Under the pieces are notes generated by a model, which did not search any database, had not been told where the DNA came from, and saw only the letters and a list, made by a program, of their open reading frames with translations. Positions 1-14,200 of a stretch of 64,000 nucleotides of DNA are shown piece after piece. Source of the stretch: the human T2T-CHM13v2.0 reference genome, Homo sapiens; assembly GCF_009914755.1 (NCBI RefSeq), contig NC_060933.1; one strand, written 5' to 3'. Within the stretch, counting starts at the first letter, position 1. Each line of letters starts with the position of its first letter. Both the position numbers and the translations under genes were made by a program.

Positions 1-37
1 TGGAATGGCATGGAATGGAATGGAATGGAATGGAATG

Positions 38-680
38 GTACGGAATAGAATGGAATGGAACGAAATGGAATGGAATGGAATGGAATGGAATGGAATGGAA
101 TGGAATGGAATGGAATCAACCTGAGTGCAATGGAATGGAGTGGAATGGAATGTAATGGAATGGAAACAACCCGAATGGAATGGAATGTAATGGAGTGTAA
201 GGGAATTGAATACAATCAATCCGAATGTAATGGAATGGAATGGAACGGAATGGAATGGAATGGAATGGAATGGAATGGAATGGAATGGAATGAAATGGAA
301 TGGCAGGGAATGGAATGGAATCAACCCGAGTGCAAAGGAATGGAATGGAATGGAATAGAATGGAATGGAATGGAATGGATTCAACCCGAATGGAATGGAA
401 AGGAATGTAATAAACCTGAGTGGAATGGCACGGAATGGAATGGAATGGAATGGAATGGTACGGAATAGAATGGAATGGAACGAAATGGAATGGAATGGAA
501 TGGAATGGAATGGAATGGAATCAACCTGAGTGCAACGGAATGGAGTGGAATGGAATGTAATGGAATGGAAACAACCCGAATGGAATGGAATGTAATGGAG
601 TGTAAGGGAATTGAATACAATCAATCCGAATGTAATGGAATGGAATGGAACGGAATGGAATGGAATGGAATGGAATGAAA
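38..680 (+). repeat. Local duplication, offset ~405-420 bp
   Basis: GTACGGAATAG at 38 and 458, GAATACAATCAATCCG at ~208 and ~613, and CAACCTGAGTGC in both copies. Confidence 0.75.
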
Positions 681-1249
681 TGTAATGGAATGGAATGGAA
701 TGGAATCAACCCGAGTGCAATGGAATGGAATGGAATGGAATGGAATGGAATGGAATGGATTGGATTCAACCCAAATGGAATGGAAAGCAATGGAATCAAC
801 CCGAGTGGAATGGCATGGAATGGAATGGAATGGAATGGAATGGAATGGAATGGAATGGTACAGAATAAAATGGAATGGAACGAAATGGAATGGAATGGAA
901 TGGAATGGAACGGAATGGAATGGAATCAACTCGATTGCAATGGAATGTAATGGAATGGAATGGAATGGAATTAACGCGAATAGAATGGAATGGAATGGAA
1001 TGGAACGGAATGGAATGGAATGGGATGGAATGGAATCAATCTGAGTGCAGGAGAATGGAATGGAATGGAATGCAATGGAATGGAATGGAATGGAATGCAA
1101 TGGAATCAACTAGATTGCAATGGGATGGAATGGAATGGAATGGAATGGAAGGGAATGGAATGGAATGGAATTAACCTGAACAGAATGGAATGGAATGGAA
1201 TGGAACGGAATTGAATGGAATGGAATGGAATGGAATGGAATGCAATGCA

Positions 1250-4200
1250 ATGGGATCAACCCGAGTGCAGGGGAATGGAATGGAATGGAATGCAATGGAA
1301 TGGAATCAATCAACCCGAGTGCAATAGAATGCAGTGGAATGGAATGGAATGGAATGGAATGTACCCGAATGGAAAGGAATGTAATGGAGTGTAAGGGAAT
1401 TAAAAAGAATCAATCCGAATGTAATGGAATGGAATGGAACGGAATGGAATGGAATGGAATGGAATGGAATGGAATGGAATGAAATAGAATGGCATGGAAT
1501 GGAATGGAATCAACCCGAGTTCAATGGATTGGAATCAAATGGAATGGAATGGAATGGAATGGATTCAACCCGAATGGAATGGAAATGAATGGAATAAACC
1601 CGAGTGAAATGGCATGGAAGGGAATGGAACGGAATGGAATGGTAACGAATAGAATGGAATGGAACGAAATGGAATGGAATGGAATGGAATGGAATGGAAT
1701 GGAATGGAATGGAATGAACCCGTGTGCAATGGAATGGAATGGAATGGAATGGAATGGAATGGGTTCAACCAGAATGGAATGGAAAGGAATGGAATCAACC
1801 CGAGTGGAATGGCATGGAATGGAATGGAATGGAATGGAATGGAATGGAATGAAATGGAATGGAAGGGAATGGATTGAAATGGAATGGAATGGAATGGAAT
1901 CAACCCGAGTGCAATGTAATGGAATTGAATGGAATGGAATGGAATGGAATGGAATGAATTCAACCCGAATGGAATGGAAAGGAATGGAATAAACCCGAGT
2001 GGAATGGCATGGAATGGAGTGGAATGGAATGGAATGGAATACTACGGAAGAGAATGGAATGGAACGAAATGGAATGGAATGGAATGGAATGGAATGGAAC
2101 GGAATGGAATGGAATGGGTTCAACTCGAATGGAATGGAAAGGAATGGAATCAACCCGAGTGGAATGGCATGGAATGGAATGGAATGGAATGGAATGGAAT
2201 TGAATGGAATGGAATGGAATGGTATGGAATAGAATGGAATGGAACGAAATGAATGGAATGGAATGGAATGGAATGGAATGGAATGGAATGGAATCAACCC
2301 GAGTGCAGGGGAATGGAATGGAATGGAAGGCAATGGAAGGGAATCATCAGGAATTGAATGGAATGGAATGGAATGGAATGGAATGGAATGGAATGAACTC
2401 GATTGAAATGGTATGGAATAGAATGGAATGGAATGGAATGGAATGGAATGGAATGGAATGGAATGGAATGGAATTAACCCTAATAGAATGGAATGGAAAG
2501 GAATGGAATGGAATGGAATGGAATGGAATGGAATGGAATGGAATTAACCCGAATAGAATGGAATGGATTGGAATGGAATGGAATGGAATGGAATGGAATG
2601 GAATGGAATGGAAAGGAATCAACTCGATTTCAATGGAATGGAATGGAAAGGAATGGAATGGAATGAAAGGGAATGGAATGGAATGGAATGAAATTAACCC
2701 GAATAGAATGGAATGGATTGGAATGGAATGGAATGGAATGGAATGGAATGGAATGGAATAGAATGGAATCCACCCGAGTGCAGGGGAATGGAATGGAATG
2801 GAATGCAATGGAATGGAATCATACGGAAAGGAATGGAATGGAATGGAATGGAATGGATTCAACCCGAATGGAATGGAAAGGAATGGAATCAACCCGAGTG
2901 GAATGGCATGGAATGGAATGGAATGGAATGGAATGGAATGTTAAGGAATAGAAAGGAATGGAACGAAATGGAATGGAATGGAATGGAATGGAATGGAATG
3001 GAATGGAATGGAATCAACCTGACTGCAATGGAATGGAGTGGAATGGAATGTAATGGAATGGAAACAGCCCGAATGGAATGGAATGTAATGGAGTGTAAGG
3101 GAATTGAGTACAATCAGTACGAATGTAATGGAATGGAATTTAACGGAATGGAATGGAATGGAAAGGAATGGAATCAACACGAGTGCAGGGGAATGGAATG
3201 GAATGGAATGCAATGGAATGGAATCATCCTGAATGGAATGGAATGCAATGGAATGGAATCAATCTACCCGAGTGCAATAGAATGCAGAGGAATGGAATGG
3301 AATGGAATGGAAACTACCCGAATGGAATGGAATGTAATGGAGTGTAAGGGAATTAAAAAGAATCAATCCGAATGTAATGGAATTGAACGGAAAGGAATGG
3401 AATGGAGTGGAACGGAATGGAATGGAATGGAATGAAATGGAATGGCATGGAATGGAATGGAATCAACCCGAGTTCAATGGAATGGAATGGAAAGGAATGG
3501 AATGGAATGGAATGGATTCAACCCGAGTGAAATGGCATGGAAGGGAATGGAATGGAATGGAATGGTAAGGAATAGAATGGAATGGAACGAAATGGAATGG
3601 AATGGAATGGAATGCAATGGAATGGAATGGAATGGAATGGAATGAACCCGTGTGCAATGGAATGGAATGGAATGGAATGGAATGGAATGGAATGGAATAG
3701 AATGGAATGGGTTCAACTGGAATGGAATGGAAAGGAATGGAATCAACCCGAGTGGAATGGCATGGAATGGAATGGAATGGAAGGGAATGGAATGGAATGG
3801 AATGAAATGGAATGGAAGGGAATGGAATGAAATGGAATTGAATGGAATGGAATCAACCCGAGTGCAATGGAATGGAATGGAATGGAATGGAATGGAATGG
3901 AATGGAATGAATTCAACCCGAATGGAATGGAAAGGAATGGAATAAACCCGAGTGGAATGGCATGGAATGGAGTGGAATGGAATGGAATGGAATGGTACGG
4001 AAGAGAATGGAATGGAACGAAATGGAATGAAATGGAATAGAATGGAATGGAATGGAATGGAATGGAATGAACCCGTGAGCAATGGAATGGAGTCGAATGG
4101 AATGGAATCGAATGGAATGGATTCAACTCGAATGGAATGGAAAGTAATGGAATCAACCCGAGTGGAATGGCATGGAATGGAATGGAATGGAATGGAAAGG

Positions 4201-4250
4201 AATGGAATCAACCCGAGTGCAGAGGAATGGAATGGAATGGAAGGCAATGG
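1250..4250 (+). repeat. Diverged duplication, offset ~1.95 kb
   Basis: Rare markers are collinear: TAAAAAG 1401/3354, GAACCCGTGTGC 1716/3644, TAAACCCGAGT 1990/3943, CGGAAGAGAAT 2045/3998. Confidence 0.8.
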
Positions 4251-6447
4251 ATTGGAATGAAATGGAATGGCATGGAATGGAATGGAATGGAATGGAATGG
4301 AATTAAACCTAATAGAATGGAATGGAATGGAATAGAATGGAATGGAATGGAAGGGAACGGAATGGAATGGAATGGAATTAACCCGAATAGAATGGAATGG
4401 AATGGAATTGAATGGAATGGAATGGAATGGAATCAACTCGATTTCAATGGAATGGAATGGAATGGAATGGAATGGAATGGAATGGAATGGAATAGAATGG
4501 AATCCACCCGAGTTCAGGGGAATGGAATGGAATAGAATGCAATGGAATGGAATCATACGGAATGGAATGGAATGGAATGGAATTGAATGGAATGGAATGG
4601 AATGGAAACAACCCGAATGGAATGGAATGTGATGGATTGTAAGGGAATTGAATAGAATCAATCCGAATGTAATGGAATTGAATGGAATTGAATGGAACGG
4701 AATGGAATGGAATGGAATGGAATGGAATGGAATGGAATGCAAAGGAATGGGATCAACCCGATTGCAATGGAATGGAATCGAAAGGAATGGAATGGAATGG
4801 AAAGGCTTCACCCCGAATGGAATGGAAAGGAATGGAATCAACCCGAGTGGAATGGAATGGAATGGAATGGAATGGAATAGAATGGAATGGAATGCAATGG
4901 AATGGAACGGAATGGAATCAACCCGATTGCAATGAAATTGAATGGAATGGAATGGAATGGAATGGAATTAACCCGAATAGAATGGAATGGAATGGAATGG
5001 AATGGTATGGAATGGAATGGAACGGAATGGAATGGAATGGAATTGAATGGAATCAACCCGGGTGCAGGGGAATGCAATTGAATGGAAGGCAATGGAATGC
5101 AATCATCCGGAATGGAATGGAATAGAATGGAATGGAATGGTTTCAACCCGAATGGAATGGAATGGAAAGGAATCAACCCGAGTGGAATGGCATGGAATGG
5201 AATGGAATGGAATGGAATGGAATGGAATGGAATGGTATGGAATAGAATGGAATGGAACGAAATGGAATGGAAGGGAATGGAATGGAATGGAATGGAATCA
5301 ACCCGACTGCAATGGAATGGAGTGGAATGGAATGGAATGGAATGGAAACAACCCGAATGGAATGGAATGTAATGGAGTGTAAGGGAATTGAATACAATCA
5401 ATTCGAATGGAATGGAATGGAATGGAACGGAATGGAATGGAATGGAATGGAATGGAATGGAATGGAATGGATTCAACCCAAATGGAATAGAAAGCAATGG
5501 AATCAACCAGAGTGGAATGGCATGGAACGGAATGGAATGGAATGGTATGGAATAGAATGGAATGGAAAGAAATGGAATGGAATGGAATGGAATGGAACGG
5601 AATGGAATGGAAAGGAATAGAATGTAATAGAATGGAATGGAACGAAATGGAATGGATCGGAATGGAATGGAATCAATCCCAGTGGAATAGAAGGGAATGC
5701 AATCGAGTAGAATGGAAAGGAATGGAATCAACCAGAGTGGAATGGAAGGGAATGGAATGGAATGGAAACTAATAAAATGGAATCAACACGAGTGGAATGG
5801 AATGGAAAGGACTTGAATGGAATGGAATGGAATGGAATGGAATCAACTCGATTGCAATGGAATGTAATGGAATGGAATTGAATGGAATTAATGCGAATAA
5901 AATGGATTGGAATGGAATGGAACGGAATGGAATGGAATGGAATGGAATGGAATCAAACTGAGTGAAGGGGAATGGAATGGAATGGAATGGAATAGAATGG
6001 AATGGAATGGAAGGGAATGGAATGGAATGGAATTAACCTGAACAGAATGGAATGGAATGGAATGGAACGGAATAGAATGGAATGGAATGGAATGGAATCC
6101 ACCCGAGTTCAGGGGAATGGAATGGAATGGAATGCAATGGAATGGAATCAATCAACCCGAGTGCAATAGAATGCAGTGGAATGGAATGGAATGGAATGGA
6201 AAGTACCCGAATGGAATGGAATGTAATGGAGTGTAAGGGAATTAAAAAGAATCAATACGAATGTAATTGAATGGAATGGAACGGAATGGAATGGAATGGA
6301 ATGGAATGGAATGGAACGGAACGGAACGGAATGGAATGGAATGGAATGGAATGGAACGGAAAGGAATGGAATGGAACGGAATGGAATGGAATGGAATGGA
6401 ATCAACGCGAGTGCAGGGGAATGGAATGGAATGGAATGCAATGGAAT

Positions 6448-6462
6448 GGAATCTTCCAGAAT
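6448..6462. promoter_or_regulatory. Perfect three-unit heat-shock element, first in window
   Basis: gGAAtcTTCcaGAAt matches nGAAnnTTCnnGAAn. Motif match only, occupancy untested. Confidence 0.6.
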
Positions 6463-7285
6463 GGAATGGAATGGAATGGAATGGAATCAACCCGAGTACA
6501 ATGGAATGGACTGGAATGGAATGGAATGGAATGGAACAACCCGAATGGAATGGAATGTAATGGAGAGTAAAGGAGTTAAATAGAATCATTCCGAATGTAA
6601 TGGAATGGAATGGAACGGAATGGAATTGAATGGAATGGAATGGAATGCAACGGAATGGAATCAATCCGAGTGCAATGGAATGGAGAGGAATGGAATGGAA
6701 TGGAATGGAAACTACCCGAATGGAATGGAATGTAATGGAGTGTAAGAGAATTGAATAGAATCAATCCGAATGTAATGGAATGGAATGGAAAGGAATGGAA
6801 TGGAATGGAATGGAATGGAATGGAATCAACCCGAGTGCAATCGAATGGAATCGAATGGAATGCAATGCAATGGAATGGATTCAACTTGAATGGAATGGAA
6901 AGAATGGAATCAACACGAGTGGAATGACATGGAGTGGAATGGAATGGAATGGAATCAACCCGAGTACAGGGGAATGGAATGGAATGGAATGCAATGGAAT
7001 GGAATCATCCGTAATGGAATGGAAAGGAATGGAATGGAATGGAATGGAATGGAATGGAATGGAATGGAATCAACTCGATTGCAATCGAATGGAATGGAAT
7101 GGAATTAACCCAAATAGAATGGAATGGAATGGAATGGAACGGAACGGAATGGAATGGAATGGAATGGAATGGAATGGAATGGAATGGAACGGAACGGAAC
7201 GGAACGGAATGGAATGGAATGGAATGGAATGGAATGGAATCAACGCGAGTGCAGGGGAATGGAATGGAATGGAATGCAATGGAAT

Positions 7286-7300
7286 GGAATCTTCCGGAAT
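7286..7300. promoter_or_regulatory. Perfect heat-shock element, commonest form (representative of ~42 copies)
   Basis: gGAAtcTTCcgGAAt. Motif match only. Confidence 0.6.
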
Positions 7301-8049
7301 GGTATGGAATGGAATGGAATGGAATCAACCCGAGTTCAATGAAATGGAGAGGAATGGAATGGAATGGAATGGAAACTACCCGAATGGAATGGAATGTAAT
7401 GGAGTGTAAGGGAATTGAATAGAATCAATCCGAATGTAATGGGATGGAATGGAACGCAATGGAATGGAATGGAATGGAATGGAATGGAATGGAATGGAAT
7501 GGAATGGAATGCAATGGAATGGAATCAACCCGAGTGCAATCGAATGGAATCGAATGGAATGGAATGCAATGGAATGGATTCAACTTGAATGGAATGGAAA
7601 GAATGGAAACAACACGAGTGGAATGACATGGATTGGAATGGAATGGAATGGAATCAACCCGAGTACAGGGGAATGGAATGGAATGGAATGCAATGGAATG
7701 GAATCATCCGTAATGGAATGGAAAGGAATGGAATGGAATGCAATGGAATGGAATGGAATGGAATCAACTCGATTGCAATCGAATGGAATGGAATGGAATT
7801 AACCCGAATAGAATGGAATGGAATGGAATGGAACGGAACGGAATGGAATGGAATGGAATGGAATGGAATGGAATGGAATGGAATGGAACGGAACGGAACG
7901 GAACGGAATGGGATGGAATTGAATGGAATGGAATGGAATCAACGCGAGTGCAGGGGAATGGAATGGAATGGAATGCAATGGAATGGAATCTTCCAGAATG
8001 GAATGGAATGGAATGGAATGGAATGGAATGGAATCAACCCGAGTGCAAT

Positions 8050-11000
8050 GGAATGGAGTGGAATGGAATGGAATGGAATGGAACAACCCGAATGGAATGG
8101 AATGTAATGGAGAGTAAGGGAGTTGAATAGAATCAATCCGAATGTAATGGAATGGAATGGAACGGAATGGAATTGAATGGAATGGAATGGAATGCAATGG
8201 AATGGTATCAACCCGAGTGCAATGGAATGTAGAGGAATGGAATGGAATGGAATGGAAACTACCCGAATGGAATGGAATGTAATGGAGTGTAAGGGAATTG
8301 AATAGAATCAATCCGAATGTAATGGAATGGAATGGAACGGAATGGAATGGAATGGAATGGAATGGAATGGAATGGAATGCAATGGAATGGAATCAATCCG
8401 AGTGCAATCGAATGGAATCGAATGGAATGGAATGCAATGGAATGGAATCAACTTGAATGGAATGGAAAGAATGGAATCAACAGGAGTGGAATGGCATGGA
8501 TTGGAATGGAATGGAATGGAATCAACCCGAGTACAGGGGAATGGAATGGAATGGAATGCAATGGAATGGAATCATCCGTAATGGAATAGAAAGGAATGGA
8601 ATGGAATGGAATGGAATGGAATGGAATGGAATGGAATGGAATGGAATCAACTCTATTGCAATGGAATGGAATGGAATGGAATTAACCCGAATAGAATGGA
8701 ATGGAATGGAATGGAACGGAACGGAATGGAATGGAATGGAATGGAACGTAACGGAATGGAATGGATGGAATGGAATGGAATCAACGCGAGTGCAGGGGAA
8801 TGGAATGGAATGGAATGCAATGGAATGGAAACTTCCGGAATGGAATGGAATGGAATGGAATGGAATGAAATGCAATGGATTCAACTCGATTGCAATGGAA
8901 TGGAATAGAATGGAATGAAATGGAATGGAATGCAATTAATCCGAATAGAATGGAATGGAATGGAATGGAACGGAATGGAACAGAATGGAATGGAATGGAA
9001 TGGAATGGTATGGAATAGAATGGAATGGTACGGAATAGAATGGAATGGAACGAATTGTAATGGAATGGAATTGAATGGAATGGAATGGAATGGAATGGAA
9101 TCAACGCGAGTGCAGGGGAATGTAATGGAACGGAATGCAATGGAATGGAATCATCCGGAATGGAATGGAATGGAATGGAATGGAATGGAATGGAATGGAA
9201 TGGAATCAACCCGAGTGAAATGGAATGGAGTGGAATGGAATGGAATGGAAAGGAACAACCCGAATGCAATGGAATGTAATGGAGAGTAAGGGAGTTGAAT
9301 AGAATCAATCCGCATGTAATGGAATGGAATGCAACGGAATGGAATGGAATGGAATGGAATGGAATGCAATGGAATGGAATCAACCCGAGTACAATGGAAT
9401 GGAATGGAATGGAATGGAATGGAATGGAATGGAATGATACGGAATAGAATGGAATGGAACGAAATGGAATTGAACGGAAAGGAATGGAATGGAATGGAAT
9501 GGAATCGTTCCGAGTGGAATAGGAGGGAATGTATTCGAGTGGAATGGAAAGGAATGGAATCAACCAGAGTGGAATGGAAGGGAATGGAATGGAATGGAAA
9601 CTAATAGAATGGAATCAACCCGAGTGGAATGGAATGGAAAGGACTGGAATGGAATGGAATGGAATGGAATCAACACGTTTGTAATGGAATGGAATGGAAT
9701 GGAATGGAATGGAATGGAATGGAATTAACCCAAATACAATGCAAGGGAATGGAATGGAATGGAAACTAATAGAATGGAATCAACCCGAGTGGAATGGAAT
9801 GGAAAGGACTGGAATGGAATGGAATGGAATGGAATCAACTCGATTGTAATGGAATGGAATGGAATGGAATGGAATGGAATTAACCCGAATACAATGGAAT
9901 GGAATGGAATGGAATGGAATGGAGTGGAATGGAATGGAATCAACCCGAGTGCAGGGGAATGGAATGGAATGGAATGCAATGGAATGGAATCATCCGGAAT
10001 GGAATTGAATGGAATGGAATGCAAAGCAATGGAATCAACTCGATTGCAATGGAATGGAATGGAATGGAAAGGAATACATTGGAATCAACCCGAGTGGAAT
10101 GGAATGGAAAGGACTGGAATGGAGTGGAATGGAATGGAATGCAATGGAATGGAATGGAATGGAATCAACTTGATTGGAATGGAATGGAATGGAATGGAAT
10201 GGAATGCAATGGAATGGAATCAACCCGACTGCAGGGGAATGGAATGGAATGGAATGCAATGGAATGGATTCAACTTGAATGGAATGGAAAGAGTGGAATC
10301 AACACGAGTGGAATGGCATGGATTGGAATGGAACGGAATGGAATCAACCCGAGTACAGGGGAATGGAATGGAATGGAATGCAATGGAATGGAATCATCCG
10401 TAATGGAATGGAAAGGAATGGAATGGAATGGAAAGGAATGGAATGGAATGGAATGGAATGGAATGGAATGGAATGGAATGGAATCAACTCGATTGCAATC
10501 GAATGGAATGGAATGGAATTAACCCGAATAGAATGGAATGGAATGGAATGGAACGGAACGGAATGGAATGGAATGGAATGGAATGGAATGGAATGGAACG
10601 GAACGGAATGGAATGGAATGGAATGGAATGGAATGGAATCAACGCGAGTGCAGGGGAATGGAATGGAATGGAATGCAATGGAATGGAATCTTCCGGAATG
10701 GAATGGAATTGAATGGAATGGAATGGAATGGTATGGAATAAACCCGAGTGCAATGGAATGGAGTGGAATGGAATGGAATGGAATGGAACAACCCGAATGG
10801 AATGGAATGTAATGGAGAGTAAGGGAGTTGAATAGAATCTATCCGAATGTAATGGAATGGAATGGAACGGAATTGAATGGAATGGAATGGAATGGAATGC
10901 AATGGAATGGAATCAACCCGAGTTCAATGAAATGGAGAGGAATGGAATGGAATGGAATGGAAACTACCCGAATGGAGTGGAATGTAATGGAGTGTAAGGG

Positions 11001-14000
11001 AATTGAATAGAATCAATCCGATTGTAATGGAATGGAATGGAACGGAATGGAATGGAATGGAATGGAATGGAATGGAATGGAATTCAATGGAATGGAATCA
11101 ACCCGAGTGCAATCGAATGGAATCGAATGGAATGGAATGCAATGGAATGGATTCAACTTGAATGGAATGGAAAGAATGGAATCAACACGAGTGGAATGAC
11201 ATGGATTGGAATGGAATGGAATGGAATCAACCCGAGTACAGGGGAATGGAATGGAATGGAATGCAATGGAATGGAATCATCCGTAATGGAATGGAATGGA
11301 ATGGAATGGAATGGAATGGAATGGAATGGAATGGAATGGAATCAACTCGATTGCAATCGAATGGAATGGAATGGAATTAACCCGAATAGAATGGAATGGA
11401 ATGGAATGGAACGGAACGGAATGGAATGGAATGGAATGGAATGGAACGGAAAGGAAGGGAATGGAATGGAATAGAATGGAATGCAATGGAATCAACGCGA
11501 GTGCAGGGGAATGGAATGGAATGGAATGCAATGGAATGGAATCTTCCGGAATGGAATGGAATGGAATGGAATGGAATGGAATGGAATGGAATCAACCCGA
11601 GTGCAATGGAATGCAGTGGAATGGAATGGAATGGAATGGAACAACCCGAATGGAATGGAATGTAATGGAGAGTAAGGGAGTTGAATAGAATCAATCCGAA
11701 TGTAATGGAATGGAATGGAACGGAATGGAATGGAATGGAATGGAATGGAATGCAATGGAATGGAATGGAATGGAATGCAATGGAATGGAATCAACCCGAG
11801 TGCAATGGAATGGAGAGGAATGGAATGGAATGGAATGGAAACTACCCGAATGGAATGGAATGTAATGGAGTGTAAGGGAATTGAATAGAATCAATCCGAA
11901 TGTAATGGAATGGAATGGAACGGAATGGAATGGAATGGAATGGAATGGAATGGAATGGAATGCAATGGAATGGAATCAACCCGAGTGCAATCGAATGGAA
12001 TCGAATGGAATGGAATGCAATGGAATGGAATCAACTTGAATGGAATGGAAAGAATGGAATCAACACGAGTGGAATGGCATGGATTGGAATGGAATGGAAT
12101 GGAATCAACCCGAGTACAGGGGAATGGAATGGAATGGAATGCAATGGAATGGAATCATCCGTAATGGAATGGAAAGGATTGGAATGGAATGGAATGGAAT
12201 GGAATGGAATGGAATGGTATCAACTCGATTGCAATCGAATGGAATGGAATGGAATTAACACAAATAGAATGGAATGGAATGGAACGGAACGGAATGGAAT
12301 GGAATGGAATGGAATGGAACGGAACGGAATGGAATGGAATCGAATGGAATGGAATCAACGCGAGTGCAGGGGAATGGAATGGAATGGAATGCAATGGAAT
12401 GGAAACTTCCGTAATGGAATGGAATGGAATGGAATGGAATGAAATGCAATGGATTCAACTCGATTGCAATGGAATGGAAGAGAATGGAATGAAATGGAAT
12501 GGAATGCAATTAATCCGAATAGAATGGAATGGAATGGAATGGAACGGAATGGAACGGAATGGAATGGGATGGAATGGAATGGAATGGTATGGAATGGAAT
12601 GGAATGGTACGGAATAGAATGGAATGGAACGAATTGTAATGGAATGGAATTGAATGGAATGGAATGGAATGGAATGGAATCAACGCGAGTGCAGGGGAAT
12701 GTAATGGAACGGAATGCAATGGAATGGAATCATCCGGAATGGAATGGAATGGAATGGAATGGAATGGAATCAACCCGAGTGCAATGGAATGGAGTGGAAT
12801 GGAATGGAATGGAATGGAACAACCCGAATGGAATGGAATGTAATGGAGAGTAAGGGAGTTGAATAGAATCAATCCGAATGTAATGGAATGGAATGGAACA
12901 AAATGGAATTGAATGGAATGGAATGGAATGCAACGGAATGGAATCAACCCGAGTACAATGGAATGGAATGGAATGGAATGGAATGGAATGGAATGGAATG
13001 ATACGGAATAGAATGGAATGGAACGAAATGGAATTGAATGGAAAGGAATGGAATGGAATGGAAAGGAATCGTTCCGAGTGGAATAGGAGGGAATGTATTC
13101 GAGTGGAATGGAAAGGAATGGAATCAACCAGAGTGGAATGGAAGGGAATGGAATGGAATGGAAACTAATAGAATGGAATCAACCGGAGTGGAATGGAATG
13201 GAAAGGACTGGAATGGAATGGAATGGAATGGAATCAACTCGTTTGTAATGGAATGGAATGGAATGGAATGGAATGGAATGGAATGGAATGGAATTAACCC
13301 GAATACAATGGAAGGGAATGGAATGGAATGGAAACTAATAGAATGGAATCAACCCGAGTGGAATGGAATGGAAAGGACTGGAATGGAATGGAATGGAATG
13401 GAATCAACTCGATTGTAATGGAATGGAATGGAATGGAATGGAATGGAATGGAATTAACCCGAATACAATGGAATGGAATGGAATGGAATGGAATTGAATG
13501 GAATGGAGTGGAATGGAATGGAATCAACCCTAGTGCAGGGGAATGGAATGGAATGGAATGCAATGGAATGGAATCATCCGGAATGGAATCGAATGGAATG
13601 GAATGCGAAGCAATGGAATCAACTCGATTGCAATGGAATGGAATGGAATGGAAAGGAATACATTGGAATCAACCCGAGTGGAATGGAATGGAAAGGACTG
13701 GAATGGAGTGCAATGGAATGGAATGCAATGGAATGGAATGGAATGGAATCAACTTGATTGGAATGGAATGGAATGGAATGGAATGGAATGGGATCAACTT
13801 GATTGGAATGGAATGGAATGGAATGGAATGGAATGGAATCAACCCGACTGCAGGGGAATGGAATGGAATGCAATGCAATGGAATGGATTCAACTTGAATG
13901 GAATGGAAAGAATGGAATCAACACGAGTGGAATGGCATGGATTGGAATGGAATGGAATGGAATCAACCCGATTAAAGGGGAATGGAATGGAATGGAATGC

Positions 14001-14200
14001 AATGGAATGGAATCATCCGTAATGGAATGGAAAGGAATGGAATGGAATGGAAAGGAATGGAATGGAATGGAATGGAATGGAATGGAATCAACTCGATTGC
14101 AATCGAATGGAATGGAATAGAATTAACCCGAATAGAATGGAATGGAATGGAATGGAACGGAACGGAATGGAATGGAATGGAATGGAATGGAATGGAATGG
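8050..14200 (+). repeat. Tandem duplication, period ~3.57-3.6 kb
   Basis: CAACTTGAAT 8449/12032 and 10271/13890, CGTTTGTAAT 9676/13240. Near-identical ORF translations 9329..9604 and 12893..13168. Confidence 0.8.

Larger units (their letters stand above)
1..6300 (+). repeat. Distinct HSat3 sub-domain with a different motif vocabulary
   Basis: Rich in CAACCCGAGTGGAATGGCAT, GAACCCGTG and GAATTAAAAAGAAT. Lacks CAACGCGAGT (first ~6403), CTTCC[AG]G (first ~6453), CAACTTGAAT (first 6882) and CATCCGTAAT (first ~7006). The boundary is approximate. Confidence 0.75.

Noticed and set aside
5099-5113. CATCCGG modules as heat-shock elements
   Set aside because: The middle unit is ATC rather than TTC, so these are imperfect and were not counted.
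5896-5901. AATAAA as a polyadenylation signal (also ~864, ~1593 and elsewhere)
   Set aside because: Arises by simple substitution in AATAGAAT or AATCAACC words, with no gene context.
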